64,000 nt of DNA, taken from the human T2T-CHM13v2.0 reference genome, Homo sapiens. The notes under the pieces are model-generated. The model was not told the origin of the DNA. It ran no database searches and worked only from the letters and a program-made list of their open reading frames with translations. Position 1 is the first letter of the stretch. Every line of letters begins with the position of its first letter. Location of the stretch: assembly GCF_009914755.1 (NCBI RefSeq), contig NC_060940.1. One strand, written 5' to 3'. Positions 1 to 14,600 of the stretch are shown one piece after another. Both the position numbers and the translations under genes were made by a program.

Positions 1-3000
1 GTCTCCATTTGATTCCATTCGACCATGATTGCCTTTGATTCCATTCAATGATTCCATTCGGTTCCGTTTGATGATGATTCCGTTCGATTCCATTTGATGA
101 TTCCATTTGATTCCATTGGATGAGTCCATTCGATTACATTCGATGATTATTCCATTCGAGTGCATTAGATGATTCCATTCGAGTCCATTCGATGATTCCA
201 TTCGATTCCATTCGATGTTGATTCTGTTCAAATCCATTCGATGATTCCACTCGATTCCATTCGTTGACTCCATTTGATCCCATTCGATGATTTCCTTTGA
301 TTCCCTTTGATGATCATTCCATTTGATTCAATTCGGTGATTTCATTTGATTCCATTCAGTGATGTTTCCATTCGACTCCATTCGATGATGATTCCATTCG
401 ACTCCATTCGATTATGATTTCATTCAATTCCATTCGATAATGATTCCCTTCGAGTCCATTCGATGATTCCATTCGATTCCATTCAACGATGATTTGATTC
501 GTGTCCATTCGATGATTCCATTTGATTCCACTTGATGATGATTCCATTCGAGTCCATTTGATGATTCCATTCAATTCCATACTCCGATGATTTCTTTTGA
601 GCCCACTCAATGCTTCCACTCGATTCCATATGATGATGACTCCATTCGATGAAATTCGATGATGATTCCATTCGCTTGCTTTCGATGATGATTCCACTTG
701 AGTCCGTTAGAAGATTCTATTCAATTACATTCCATGACGATTCCGTTCGAGTCCATTTGATGATTCCATTAGACTCCATTCGACGATGATTCCATTCGAT
801 GTTATTCCATGATTCCATTCGATCTCATTCGATGATGATTCCATTCAACTCCATTCGATGTTTCCATTCGAGTTCATTCTATTATTCCATTAGATTCCAT
901 TCGATGATGATTCCATTCGATTCCATTTGATGATTGCATTCTATTTCATTTGATGATGATTCCATTCGAGTCCACTCGATGATTCCATTCGAGTCCATTT
1001 AATGAATCCATTGGTTTCAATTCTATGATGATTACATTGGATTCCATTCGTTGATGATTTCATTCGGTTCCATTCAATGATGATTCCATTCAATTCCTTT
1101 CAATGTTTCCATTCAATTCCATACGATGATGATTCCATTTGATTTGATTCGACAGTGAGCCATTCGATTCAATTCCATGATGATTCTATTTGATTCAATT
1201 GGTTGACATTTCCATTCGATTCCATTCGATGATGATTCCCTTTGATTCCGTTCCAAGATGATTCCATTCTAGCCCATTCAATCATTCCATTCGATTCTAT
1301 TCAATGATGATTCCATTCATGTCGATTTGGTGATTCCATTTGACTTCATTTGATGATGATTCCTTTCAAGTTCATTAGATGATTCCATTCGATTCCATTT
1401 GATGATGATCCCATTCGAGTCCATTCAGTGATTCCATTCGTTTCCATTCCATGATGATTCCATTCCTTTCCATTCAATGATTCCATTCGATTCCGTTTGA
1501 TGATGATTTCATTCGAGTCCATTTGATGATTCCATTTGATTCCATTCGATGATGATTCCATTCGAGTCCATTCGATGATTCTATTCGAATCCATTTGATG
1601 ATTTCTTTTGATTATATTTGGTGATGATTCCATTGGAGTCCATTCAATGATTCCATTCTATTCCAATCGATGATGATTCCATTAGAGTCCATTTAATGAT
1701 TCCATTTGATTCCAGTCTCTGATGATTACATTCGAGTCCATACGATGATTCCACTCAATTCCATATGATGATGATTCCATTTGATTCCATTCGGTGATTC
1801 CATTCTATTCTATTCAATGGTGATTCCATTCGAGTACATTAGATGATTCCATTCGATTCCATTCAATGATGATTCTATTTGTGTCCCTTAGATGATTCCA
1901 CATGATTCCATTAGATGATGATACTATTTGAGCCCATCCAATGATTCCCTTCGATTCCATTCGATGAGGATTCCATTCGATTCAATTCATTGGTGATTCT
2001 ATTCAATTCAATTCTTTGATTCCATTCCATTCCATTCGACAATGATTCCATTCGATTACTTTCGATGATTCCACTCGATTCCACTTGACATTGATTCCAT
2101 TCGATTCCATTCAATGATTCCATTTGATTCCAGTGGATGATGATTGCCATCGATTCCATTCGATCACTCCATTCTATTCCATTTGATGATGATTACATTC
2201 GATTCCATTTGATGATTCCATCTGATTCTATTCGAGGATTCCATTTGATTCCATTCGATGATGATTCCATTCGAGTGCATTCGATGATTTCATTCGAGTA
2301 CATCCAATGATTCCATTCGAGTCCATTAGATGATTCCATTTGATTCCATTTGAAAATGATTCTACTAGAGTCCATTCAATGACTCCATTCGAGTCCATTC
2401 AACAATTCCATTCGACTCCATTCGATGATTCCATTCGATTCCATTTGATGGTACCATTCGAGTCCATTTAATCATTACAGTCGAGTCCATTTGGTGATTC
2501 CACTGGATTTCTTTTGATAATGATACCGTTCAATTACATTTGATGATGATCCCATTCAACTTCATTTGATGATGATTCCATTAGAGTCCATTCGATGATT
2601 TCATTCGAGTCCCTTCATTGATTCCATCCGATTTCATTGGATGATGACTCCATTCGAGTCCATTCGATGATTCCACTCGATTCCATTAGATGACTCCATT
2701 GGAGTCCATTTGATTGTTCCATTCGATTCCATTCGATTCCTTTCGAAGATTATTCCATTTGAGTCCATTCGATGATGATTCCATTCCATTCCATTCGATG
2801 ATTCCGTTTGATTCCATTCGATGATTCCCTTCGATTCCTTTCTTTGATGATTCCATTCCATTCCATTCAATGATTCCATTCGAATCTATTCCATGATGAT
2901 TCCTTTCGATTCCATTCGCTGATGTTTCCGTTCAATTCCATTCGATGATGATTCCATTCGATTCCATTCATTGAGGATTCCATTTGATTCCATTCAATGA

Positions 3001-6000
3001 TGATTCCATTCTATTCCATTCAATGATTGCATTCAATTCCATTCAATGATTATCCCATTAGAGTAAACTCAACGATTCCATTCAATACCATTCGATGATG
3101 ATTCCTTTTGAGTCCATTCAATGATTTCATTCAAGTCCATTTGATGATTCCTTTCAATTCCATTCTATGATGATTCCATTCGAGTCCATTCGATGATTCC
3201 ATTCGATTGCATTCGATGATTCCATTATATTCCATTCAACGGTGATTCCATTCGAGTCCATTCCATGATTCCATTAGAGTACATTTAATGATTGCTTTGT
3301 TTTCAATTCGAAGATGATTACATTGGATTCCATTCTATGATACCATTCGATTCCATTCAATGATGATTCCACTCAAATCCATTGGATGATTCCATTCGTG
3401 TCCATTCGGTGATTTCATTAGATTCCATTCGAGGATGATTCCATTCGATTCCATTCGATGATTCCATTCAATTCCATTCGATGATGATTCCATTCCAGTC
3501 CATATGATCATTCCATTTGATTTCATTCGATGATGATTCCATTCGATTCCTTTCGACGATTCCATTCTATTCCATTCGATGATGATTCCATTCGAGTCCA
3601 TTCGATGATTCCATTCGAGTCCATTTAATGATTCCATTGGGTTCAATTCAATTATGATTACATTGGATTCCGTTCTATGATTCCATTCAATTCCGTTCAT
3701 TGACAATTTGATTCCATTCGATGATGATTCCATTTGAGTTCATTCGATGATTCTATTCGATTCTCTTCGATGGTGATTCAATTCTATTATATTGGATGAT
3801 TCCACTCGATTCCATTTGATGATTATTCCATTGGAGTCCACTTAGTGAATCCTTTAGATTCTACTCGACGATGATTCCATTCGAGTCCATTCGATGATAC
3901 CATTCAATTCCATTCGTTGATGCTTCCATTCAAGTGCATTCGATGATATCATTCGATTCCATTTGATGATAATTCCATTTGATTCCATGCGATGATTCTA
4001 TTCGATTCCATTCAATGATAATTCCATTCAATTCAGTGATTCCTCTGGACTCCATTTGATGATGATTCCATTCAATGATTCCATTCGATTCTATTCGAAA
4101 ATGATTCCATTTGAACCCATTTGATGATGATTCCATTAGATTCCATTTGATGATTCCATTCGATTCCATTCGACGATGATTCCATTCGATTCCGTTTGAT
4201 GATTCCATTCTATTCTATTCGACGATGATTCCATTCGATTCCATTTGATGTTGATTCAATTCGATTCTATTCGATGATGATTCCATTGGATTTCACTTGA
4301 TGATTCTATTCGATTCCATTCAATGATGATTCACTTCTCGTCCATTGGATGATTCCATTTCATTCCATTCGATGATGATTCCATTCGATTCCATTCGATG
4401 ATTCCATTTGATTCCATGCGACGGTGAGCAATTCGATTCAATTCCATGATGATTCTATTTGATTCAATTAGATGATGTTTCCATTCGAATCCATTCCATG
4501 ATTATTCCATTGGAATCCATTCGGCGATGATTCCATATGAGTCAATTCAATGATGATTCCATATGGGTCCGTTCGATGATAATTCCATTTGATTTCATTC
4601 GATGCTTCTATTCTATTCCAGTCGATGATGATTCCATTGGAGTCCATACGATGATTCCATTTGATTTCATTTGATGATGATTCCATTCGATGCTGATTAC
4701 ATTGGATTCCATTCTATGATTCCATTCAATTCCATTCGTTGATGATTCGATTCCATTCAATGATGATTCCATTTGAGTTCATTCGATGATTCTATTCGTT
4801 TCCGTTCGATGGTGACTCAATTCTATTATACTGGATGATTCCAGTCGATTCCATTTGATGATTATTCCATTGGAGTCCACTTAGTGAATCCTTTAGATTC
4901 TACTCGACGATGATTCCATTCGAGTCCATTCGATGATACCATTCAATTCCATTCGTTGATGCTTCCATTCAAGTGCATTCGATGATATCATTCGATTCCA
5001 TTTGATGATAATTCCATTTGATTCCATGCGATGATTCTATTCGATTCCATTCAATGATAATTCCATTCAATTCAGTGATTCCTCTGGACTCCATTTGATG
5101 ATGATTCCATTCAATGATTCCATTCGATTCTATTCGAAAATGATTCCATTTGAATCCATTTGATGATGATTCCATTAGATTCCATTTGATGATTCCATTC
5201 GATTCCATTCGACGATGATTCCATTCGATTCCGTTTGATGATTCCATTCTATTCTATTCGATGATGATTCCATTCGATTCCATTCGATGATGATTGGATT
5301 CGATTCCATTGGATGATTTCATTTGATTCTATTCGTTAATGATTTCGATCAATTCCATTCGATGATTCCATTCGATTCCATTCGATAATGATTACATCCG
5401 AGTCCATTCGATGATTCCATTGGAGCCCGTTCGATAATTCCATTTGAGTCCAACCAATGATTCCATTCATTTCCATTCAATGATTCCATTCGAGTCCATT
5501 TGATCATTCCGGTAGGGTCCATTCGATGTTGATTCCATTGGAGTGCATTCGATGATTCCATTCGAGTCCATTTTAGGATTTGATTCGAGTCCTTTCGATG
5601 ATTCCATTCGATTCCACTCGATGATGATTTCATTCGAGTCCATTCGACACTTCCAATCGATTCCATTTGATGATTCCATTCGAGTCCAATTGATGATTCC
5701 ATTCAATTCCATTCGATGATGATTCCGTACGATTCCATTCTGTGATGATTCCATGTGATTGCATTCAATGATGATTCCTTTCGATTGCATTCGATTATGA
5801 TTCATTTCGTGTTCATTCTATGGTTCCACAGGTTTCCATTCGTGTCCATTCCATTATTCCATTCTATTCCATTTGATGATGATTCCATTCGATTCCATTC
5901 ATTGGTGATTCCACTCAATTCCATTCAATGATTCCATTCCATTTCTTTCAACAATGATTCCATTAGTTTCTAATCGATGATCCACTTGATTCCATTTGAC

Positions 6001-6541
6001 GACGATTCCATTCTTGTCCGTTCGATGATTCCATTTGATTCCATATGATGATGATTCCATTCGATCCCATACCATGATGATTCCATTCGAGTCCATTCAA
6101 TGGTGATTCCATTCAATTCCATTCGATGATTCCTTTCGATTCCATTCGATGATGATGGCATTCGATTCCTTTCAATCATTCCCTTTGATTCCATTCAAAG
6201 GTGATTTCATTCAAGTCCATTCGATAATTGCATTCGATTCCATTCTATGATGATTCCATTCGAGTCCATTTGATGATTCCATTCAATTCAAGTCAATGAT
6301 GATTCCATTCGATTCCATTCGATGATTCCATTGGATTCCATTCGATGATGATTCCATTCAAATCCATTCGATAATTCAATTCAAGTCCATTCGATGATGA
6401 TTCCAATCGAATCCATTCAAAGATTCCATTCAGTTCCATTCGATGATTCCCTTAGATTCCATTCGATGATTCCACTTGATTCCATTTACGATGATTCCAT
6501 TCGATTCCATGTGATGATTCCATTCAATTCTATTCAATGAT
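1..6541 (+). repeat. Nested repeat unit U1 (6,541 bp = 6,112 + 429-bp insertion)
   Basis: Window start gtctccatttgattccattcgaccatgattgcc recurs at 6542, and landmark ORFs 356..697 and 6897..7238 are 6,541 apart. The unit phase is arbitrary. Confidence 0.9.
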
Positions 6542-9500
6542 GTCTCCATTTGATTCCATTCGACCATGATTGCCTTTGATTCCATTCAATGATTCCATTC
6601 GGTTCCGTTTGATGATGATTCCGTTCGATTCCATTTGATGATTCCATTTGATTCCATTGGATGAGTCCATTCGATTACATTCGATGATTATTCCATTCGA
6701 GTGCATTAGATGATTCCATTCGAGTCCATTCGATGATTCCATTCGATTCCATTCGATGTTGATTCTGTTCAAATCCATTCGATGATTCCACTCGATTCCA
6801 TTCGTTGACTCCATTTGATCCCATTCGATGATTTCCTTTGATTCCCTTTGATGATCATTCCATTTGATTCAATTCGGTGATTTCATTTGATTCCATTCAG
6901 TGATGTTTCCATTCGACTCCATTCGATGATGATTCCATTCGACTCCATTCGATTATGATTTCATTCAATTCCATTCGATAATGATTCCCTTCGAGTCCAT
7001 TCGATGATTCCATTCGATTCCATTCAACGATGATTTGATTCGTGTCCATTCGATGATTCCATTTGATTCCACTTGATGATGATTCCATTCGAGTCCATTT
7101 GATGATTCCATTCAATTCCATACTCCGATGATTTCTTTTGAGCCCACTCAATGCTTCCACTCGATTCCATATGATGATGACTCCATTCGATGAAATTCGA
7201 TGATGATTCCATTCGCTTGCTTTCGATGATGATTCCACTTGAGTCCGTTAGAAGATTCTATTCAATTACATTCCATGACGATTCCGTTCGAGTCCATTTG
7301 ATGATTCCATTAGACTCCATTCGACGATGATTCCATTCGATGTTATTCCATGATTCCATTCGATCTCATTCGATGATGATTCCATTCAACTCCATTCGAT
7401 GTTTCCATTCGAGTTCATTCTATTATTCCATTAGATTCCATTCGATGATGATTCCATTCGATTCCATTTGATGATTGCATTCTATTTCATTTGATGATGA
7501 TTCCATTCGAGTCCACTCGATGATTCCATTCGAGTCCATTTAATGAATCCATTGGTTTCAATTCTATGATGATTACATTGGATTCCATTCGTTGATGATT
7601 TCATTCGGTTCCATTCAATGATGATTCCATTCAATTCCTTTCAATGTTTCCATTCAATTCCATACGATGATGATTCCATTTGATTTGATTCGACAGTGAG
7701 CCATTCGATTCAATTCCATGATGATTCTATTTGATTCAATTGGTTGACATTTCCATTCGATTCCATTCGATGATGATTCCCTTTGATTCCGTTCAAAGAT
7801 GATTCCATTCTAGCCCATTCAATCATTCCATTCGATTCTATTCAATGATGATTCCATTCATGTCGATTTGGTGATTCCATTTGACTTCATTTGATGATGA
7901 TTCCTTTCAAGTTCATTAGATGATTCCATTCGATTCCATTTGATGATGATCCCATTCGAGTCCATTCAGTGATTCCATTCGTTTCCATTCCATGATGATT
8001 CCATTCCTTTCCATTCAATGATTCCATTCGATTCCGTTTGATGATGATTTCATTCGAGTCCATTTGATGATTCCATTTGATTCCATTCGATGATGATTCC
8101 ATTCGAGTCCATTCGATGATTCTATTCGAATCCATTTGATGATTTCTTTTGATTATATTTGGTGATGATTCCATTGGAGTCCATTCAATGATTCCATCCG
8201 ATTTCATTTGATGATGACTCCATTGGAGTCCATTCGATGATTCCACTCGATTCCATTAGATGATTCCATTGGAGTCCATTTGATTGTTCCATTCGATTCC
8301 ATTCGATTCCTTTCGAAGATTATTCCATTTGAGTCCATTCGATGATGATTCCATTCCATTCCATTCGATGATTCCGTTTGATTCCATTCGATGATTCCCT
8401 TCGTTTCTTTCTTTGATGATTTCATTCCATTCCATTCAATGATTCCATTCGAATCTATTCCATGATGATTCCTTTCGATTCCATTCGCTGATGTTTCCGT
8501 TCAATTCCATTCGATGATGATTCCATTCGATTCCATTCATTGAGGATTCCATTTGATTCCATTCAATGATGATTCCATTCTATTCCATTCAATGATTGCA
8601 TTCAATTCCATTCAATGATTATCCCATTAGAGTAAACTCAACGATTCCATTCAATACCATTCGATGATGACTCCTTTTGAGTCCATTCAATGATTTCATT
8701 CAAGTCCATTTGATGATTCCTTTCAATTCCATTCTATGATGATTCCATTCGAGTCCATTCGATGATTCCATTCGATTGCATTCGATGATTCCATTATATT
8801 CCATTCAACGGTGATTCCATTCGAGTCCATTCCATGATTCCATTAGAGTTCATTTAATGATTGCTTTGTTTTCAATTCGAAGATGATTACATTGGATTCC
8901 ATTCTATGATACCATTCGATTCCATTCAATGATGATTCCACTCAAATCCATTGGATGATTCCATTCGTGTCCATTCGGTGATTTCATTAGATTCCATTCG
9001 AGGATGATTCCATTCGATTCCATTCGATGATTCCATTCAATTCCATTCGATGATGATTCCATTCCAGTCCATATGATCATTCCATTTGATTTCATTCGAT
9101 GATGATTCCATTCGATTCCATTCGATGATTCCATTCTATTCCATTCGATGATGATTCCATTCGAGTCCATTCGATGATTCCATTCGAGTCCATTTAATGA
9201 TTCCATTGGGTTCAATTCAATGATGATTACATTGGATTCCGTTCTATGATTCCATTCAATTCCATTCATTGACAATTTGATTCCATTCGATGATGATTCC
9301 ATTTGAGTTCATTCGATGATTCTATTCGATTCTCTTCGATGGTGATTCAATTCTATTATATTGGATGATTCCATTCGATTCCATTTGATGTTGATTCAAT
9401 TCGATTCTATTCGATGATGATTCCATTGGATTTCACTTGATGATTCTATTCGATTCCATTCAATGATGATTCACTTCTCGTCCATTGGATGATTCCATTT

Positions 9501-11681
9501 CATTCCATTCGATGATGATTCCATTCGATTCCATTCGATGATTCCATTTGATTCCATGCGACGGTGAGCAATTCGATTCAATTCCATGATGATTCTATTT
9601 GATTCAATTAGATGATGTTTCCATTCGAATCCATTCCATGATTATTCCATTGGAATCCATTCGGCGATGATTCCATATGAGTCAATTCAATGATGATTCC
9701 ATATGGGTCCGTTCGATGATAATTCCATTTGATTTCATTCGATGCTTCTATTCTATTCCAGTCGATGATGATTCCATTGGAGTCCATACGATGATTCCAT
9801 TTGATTTCATTTGATGATGATTCCATTCGATGATGATTACATTGGATTCCATTCTATGATTCCATTCAATTCCATTCGTTGATGATTCGATTCCATTCAA
9901 TGATGATTCCATTTGAGTTCATTCGATGATTCTATTCGATTCCGTTCGATGGTGACTCAATTCTATTATACTGGATGATTCCAGTCGATTCCATTTGATG
10001 ATTATTCCATTGGAGTCCACTTAGTGAATCCTTTAGATTCTACTCGACGATGATTCCATTCGAGTCCATTCGATGATACCATTCAATTCCATTCGTTGAT
10101 GCTTCCATTCAAGTGCATTCGATGATATCATTCGATTCCATTTGATGATAATTCCATTTGATTCCATGCGATGATTCTATTCGATTCCATTCAATGATAA
10201 TTCCATTCAATTCAGTGATTCCTCTGGACTCCATTTGATGATGATTCCATTCAATGATTCCATTCGATTCTATTCGAAAATGATTCCATTTGAATCCATT
10301 TGATGATGATTCCATTAGATTCCATTTGATGATTCCATTCGATTCCATTCGACGATGATTCCATTCGATTCCGTTTGATGATTCCATTCTATTCTATTCG
10401 ATGATGATTCCATTCGATTCCATTCGATGATGATTGGATTCGATTCCATTTGATGATTTCATTTGATTCCATTCGTTAATGATTTCGATCAATTCCATTC
10501 GATGATTCCATTCGATTCCATTCGATAATGATTACATCCGAGTCCATTCGATGATTCCATTGGAGCCCGTTCGATAATTCCATTTGAGTCCAACCAATGA
10601 TTCCATTCATTTCCATTCAATGATTCCATTCGAGTCCATTTGATCATTCCGGTAGGGTCCATTCGATGTTGATTCCATTGGAGTGCATTCGATGATTCCA
10701 TTCGAGTCCATTTTAGGATTTGATTCGAGTCCTTTCGATGATTCCATTCGATTCCACTCGATGATGATTTCATTCGAGTCCATTCGACACTTCCAATCGA
10801 TTCCATTTGATGATTCCATTCGAGTCCAATTGATGATTCCATTCAATTCCATTCGATGATGATTCCGTACGATTCCATTCTGTGATGATTCCATGTGATT
10901 GCATTCAATGATGATTCCTTTCGATTGCATTCGATTATGATTCATTTCGTGTTCATTCTATGGTTCCACAGGTTTCCATTCGTGTCCATTCCATTATTCC
11001 ATTCTATTCCATTTGATGATGATTCCATTCGATTCCATTCATTGGTGATTCCACTCAATTCCATTCAATGATTCCATTCCATTTCTTTCAACAATGATTC
11101 CATTAGTTTCTAATCGATGATCCACTTGATTCCATTTGACGACGATTCCATTCTTGTCCGTTCGATGATTCCATTTGATTCCATATGATGATGATTCCAT
11201 TCGATCCCATACCATGATGATTCCATTCGAGTCCATTCAATGGTGATTCCATTCAATTCCATTCGATGATTCCTTTCGATTCCATTCGATGATGATGGCA
11301 TTCGATTCCTTTCAATCATTCCCTTTGATTCCATTCAAAGGTGATTTCATTCAAGTCCATTCGATAATTGCATTCGATTCCATTCTATGATGATTCCATT
11401 CGAGTCCATTTGATGATTCCATTCAATTCAAGTCAATGATGATTCCATTCGATTCCATTCGATGATTCCATTGGATTCCATTCGATGATGATTCCATTCA
11501 AATCCATTCGATAATTCAATTCAAGTCCATTCGATGATGATTCCAATCGAATCCATTCAAAGATTCCATTCAGTTCCATTCGATGATTCCCTTAGATTCC
11601 ATTCGATGATTCCACTTGATTCCATTTACGATGATTCCATTCGATTCCATGTGATGATTCCATTCAATTCTATTCAATGAT
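6542..11681 (+). repeat. Unit U2 (5,140 bp = 6,112 - 971 - 1)
   Basis: Landmark ORFs 6897 and 12037 are 5,140 apart; deletion junction near 8190 and a 1-bp loss near 8404. Confidence 0.9.
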
Positions 11682-14600
11682 GTCTCCATTTGATTCCATT
11701 CGACCATGATTGCCTTTGATTCCATTCAATGATTCCATTCGGTTCCGTTTGATGATGATTCCGTTCGATTCCATTTGATGATTCCATTTGATTCCATTGG
11801 ATGAGTCCATTCGATTACATTCGATGATTATTCCATTCGAGTGCATTAGATGATTCCATTCGAGTCCATTCGATGATTCCATTCGATTCCATTCGATGTT
11901 GATTCTGTTCAAATCCATTCGATGATTCCACTCGATTCCATTCGTTGACTCCATTTGATCCCATTCGATGATTTCCTTTGATTCCCTTTGATGATCATTC
12001 CATTTGATTCAATTCGGTGATTTCATTTGATTCCATTCAGTGATGTTTCCATTCGACTCCATTCGATGATGATTCCATTCGACTCCATTCGATTATGATT
12101 TCATTCAATTCCATTCGATAATGATTCCCTTCGAGTCCATTCGATGATTCCATTCGATTCCATTCAACGATGATTTGATTCGTGTCCATTCGATGATTCC
12201 ATTTGATTCCACTTGATGATGATTCCATTCGAGTCCATTTGATGATTCCATTCAATTCCATACTCCGATGATTTCTTTTGAGCCCACTCAATGCTTCCAC
12301 TCGATTCCATATGATGATGACTCCATTCGATGAAATTCGATGATGATTCCATTCGCTTGCTTTCGATGATGATTCCACTTGAGTCCGTTAGAAGATTCTA
12401 TTCAATTACATTCCATGACGATTCCGTTCGAGTCCATTTGATGATTCCATTAGACTCCATTCGACGATGATTCCATTCGATGTTATTCCATGATTCCATT
12501 CGATCTCATTCGATGATGATTCCATTCAACTCCATTCGATGTTTCCATTCGAGTTCATTCTATTATTCCATTAGATTCCATTCGATGATGATTCCATTCG
12601 ATTCCATTTGATGATTGCATTCTATTTCATTTGATGATGATTCCATTCGAGTCCACTCGATGATTCCATTCGAGTCCATTTAATGAATCCATTGGTTTCA
12701 ATTCTATGATGATTACATTGGATTCCATTCGTTGATGATTTCATTCGGTTCCATTCAATGATGATTCCATTCAATTCCTTTCAATGTTTCCATTCAATTC
12801 CATACGATGATGATTCCATTTGATTTGATTCGACAGTGAGCCATTCGATTCAATTCCATGATGATTCTATTTGATTCAATTGGTTGACATTTCCATTCGA
12901 TTCCATTCGATGATGATTCCCTTTGATTCCGTTCCAAGATGATTCCATTCTAGCCCATTCAATCATTCCATTCGATTCTATTCAATGATGATTCCATTCA
13001 TGTCGATTTGGTGATTCCATTTGACTTCATTTGATGATGATTCCTTTCAAGTTCATTAGATGATTCCATTCGATTCCATTTGATGATGATCCCATTCGAG
13101 TCCATTCAGTGATTCCATTCGTTTCCATTCCATGATGATTCCATTCCTTTCCATTCAATGATTCCATTCGATTCCGTTTGATGATGATTTCATTCGAGTC
13201 CATTTGATGATTCCATTTGATTCCATTCGATGATGATTCCATTCGAGTCCATTCGATGATTCTATTCGAATCCATTTGATGATTTCTTTTGATTATATTT
13301 GGTGATGATTCCATTGGAGTCCATTCAATGATTCCATTCTATTCCAATCGATGATGATTCCATTAGAGTCCATTTAATGATTCCATTTGATTCCAGTCTC
13401 TGATGATTACATTCGAGTCCATACGATGATTCCATTCAATTCCATATGATGATGATTCCATTTGATTCCATTCGGTGATTCCATTCTATTCTATTCAATG
13501 GTGATTCCATTCGAGTACATTAGATGATTCCATTCGATTCCATTCAATGATGATTCTATTTGTGTCCCTTAGATGATTCCACATGATTCCATTAGATGAT
13601 GATACTATTTGAGCCCATCCAATGATTCCCTTCGATTCCATTCGATGAGGATTCCATTCGATTCAATTCATTGGTGATTCTATTCAATTCAATTCTTTGA
13701 TTCCATTCCATTCCATTCGACAATGATTCCATTCGATTTCTTTCGATGATTCCACTCGATTCCACTTGACATTGATTCCATTCGATTCCATTCAATGATT
13801 CCATTTGATTCCAGTGGATGATGATTGCCATCGATTCCATTCGATCACTCCATTCTATTCCATTTGATGATGATTACATTCGATTCCATTTGATGATTCC
13901 ATCTGATTCTATTCGAGGATTCCATTTGATTCCATTCGATGATGATTCCATTCGAGTCCATTCGATGATTTCATTCGAGTACATCCAATGATTCCATTCG
14001 AGTCCATTAGATGATTCCATTTGATTCCATTTGAAAATGATTCTACTAGAGTCCATTCAATGACTCCATTCGAGTCCATTCAACAATTCCATTCGACTCC
14101 ATTCGATGATTCCATTCGATTCCATTTGATGGTTCCATTCGAGTCCATTTAATCATTACAGTCGAGTCCATTTGGTGATTCCACTGGATTTCTTTTGATA
14201 ATGATACCATTCAATTACATTTGATGATGATCCCATTCAATTTCATTTGATGATGATTCCATTAGAGTCCATTCGATGATTTCATTCGAGTCCCTTCATT
14301 GATTCCATCCGATTTCATTGGATGATGACTCCATTCGAGTCCATTCGATGATTCCACTCGATTCCATTAGATGACTCCATTGGAGTCCATTTGATTGTTC
14401 CATTCGATTCCATTCGATTCCTTTCGAAGATTATTCCATTTGAGTCCATTCGATGATGATTCCATTCCATTCCATTCGATGATTCCGTTTGATTCCATTC
14501 GATGATTCCCTTCGATTCCTTTCTTTGATGATTCCATTCCATTCCATTCAATGATTCCATTCGAATCTATTCCATGATGATTCCTTTCGATTCCATTCGC

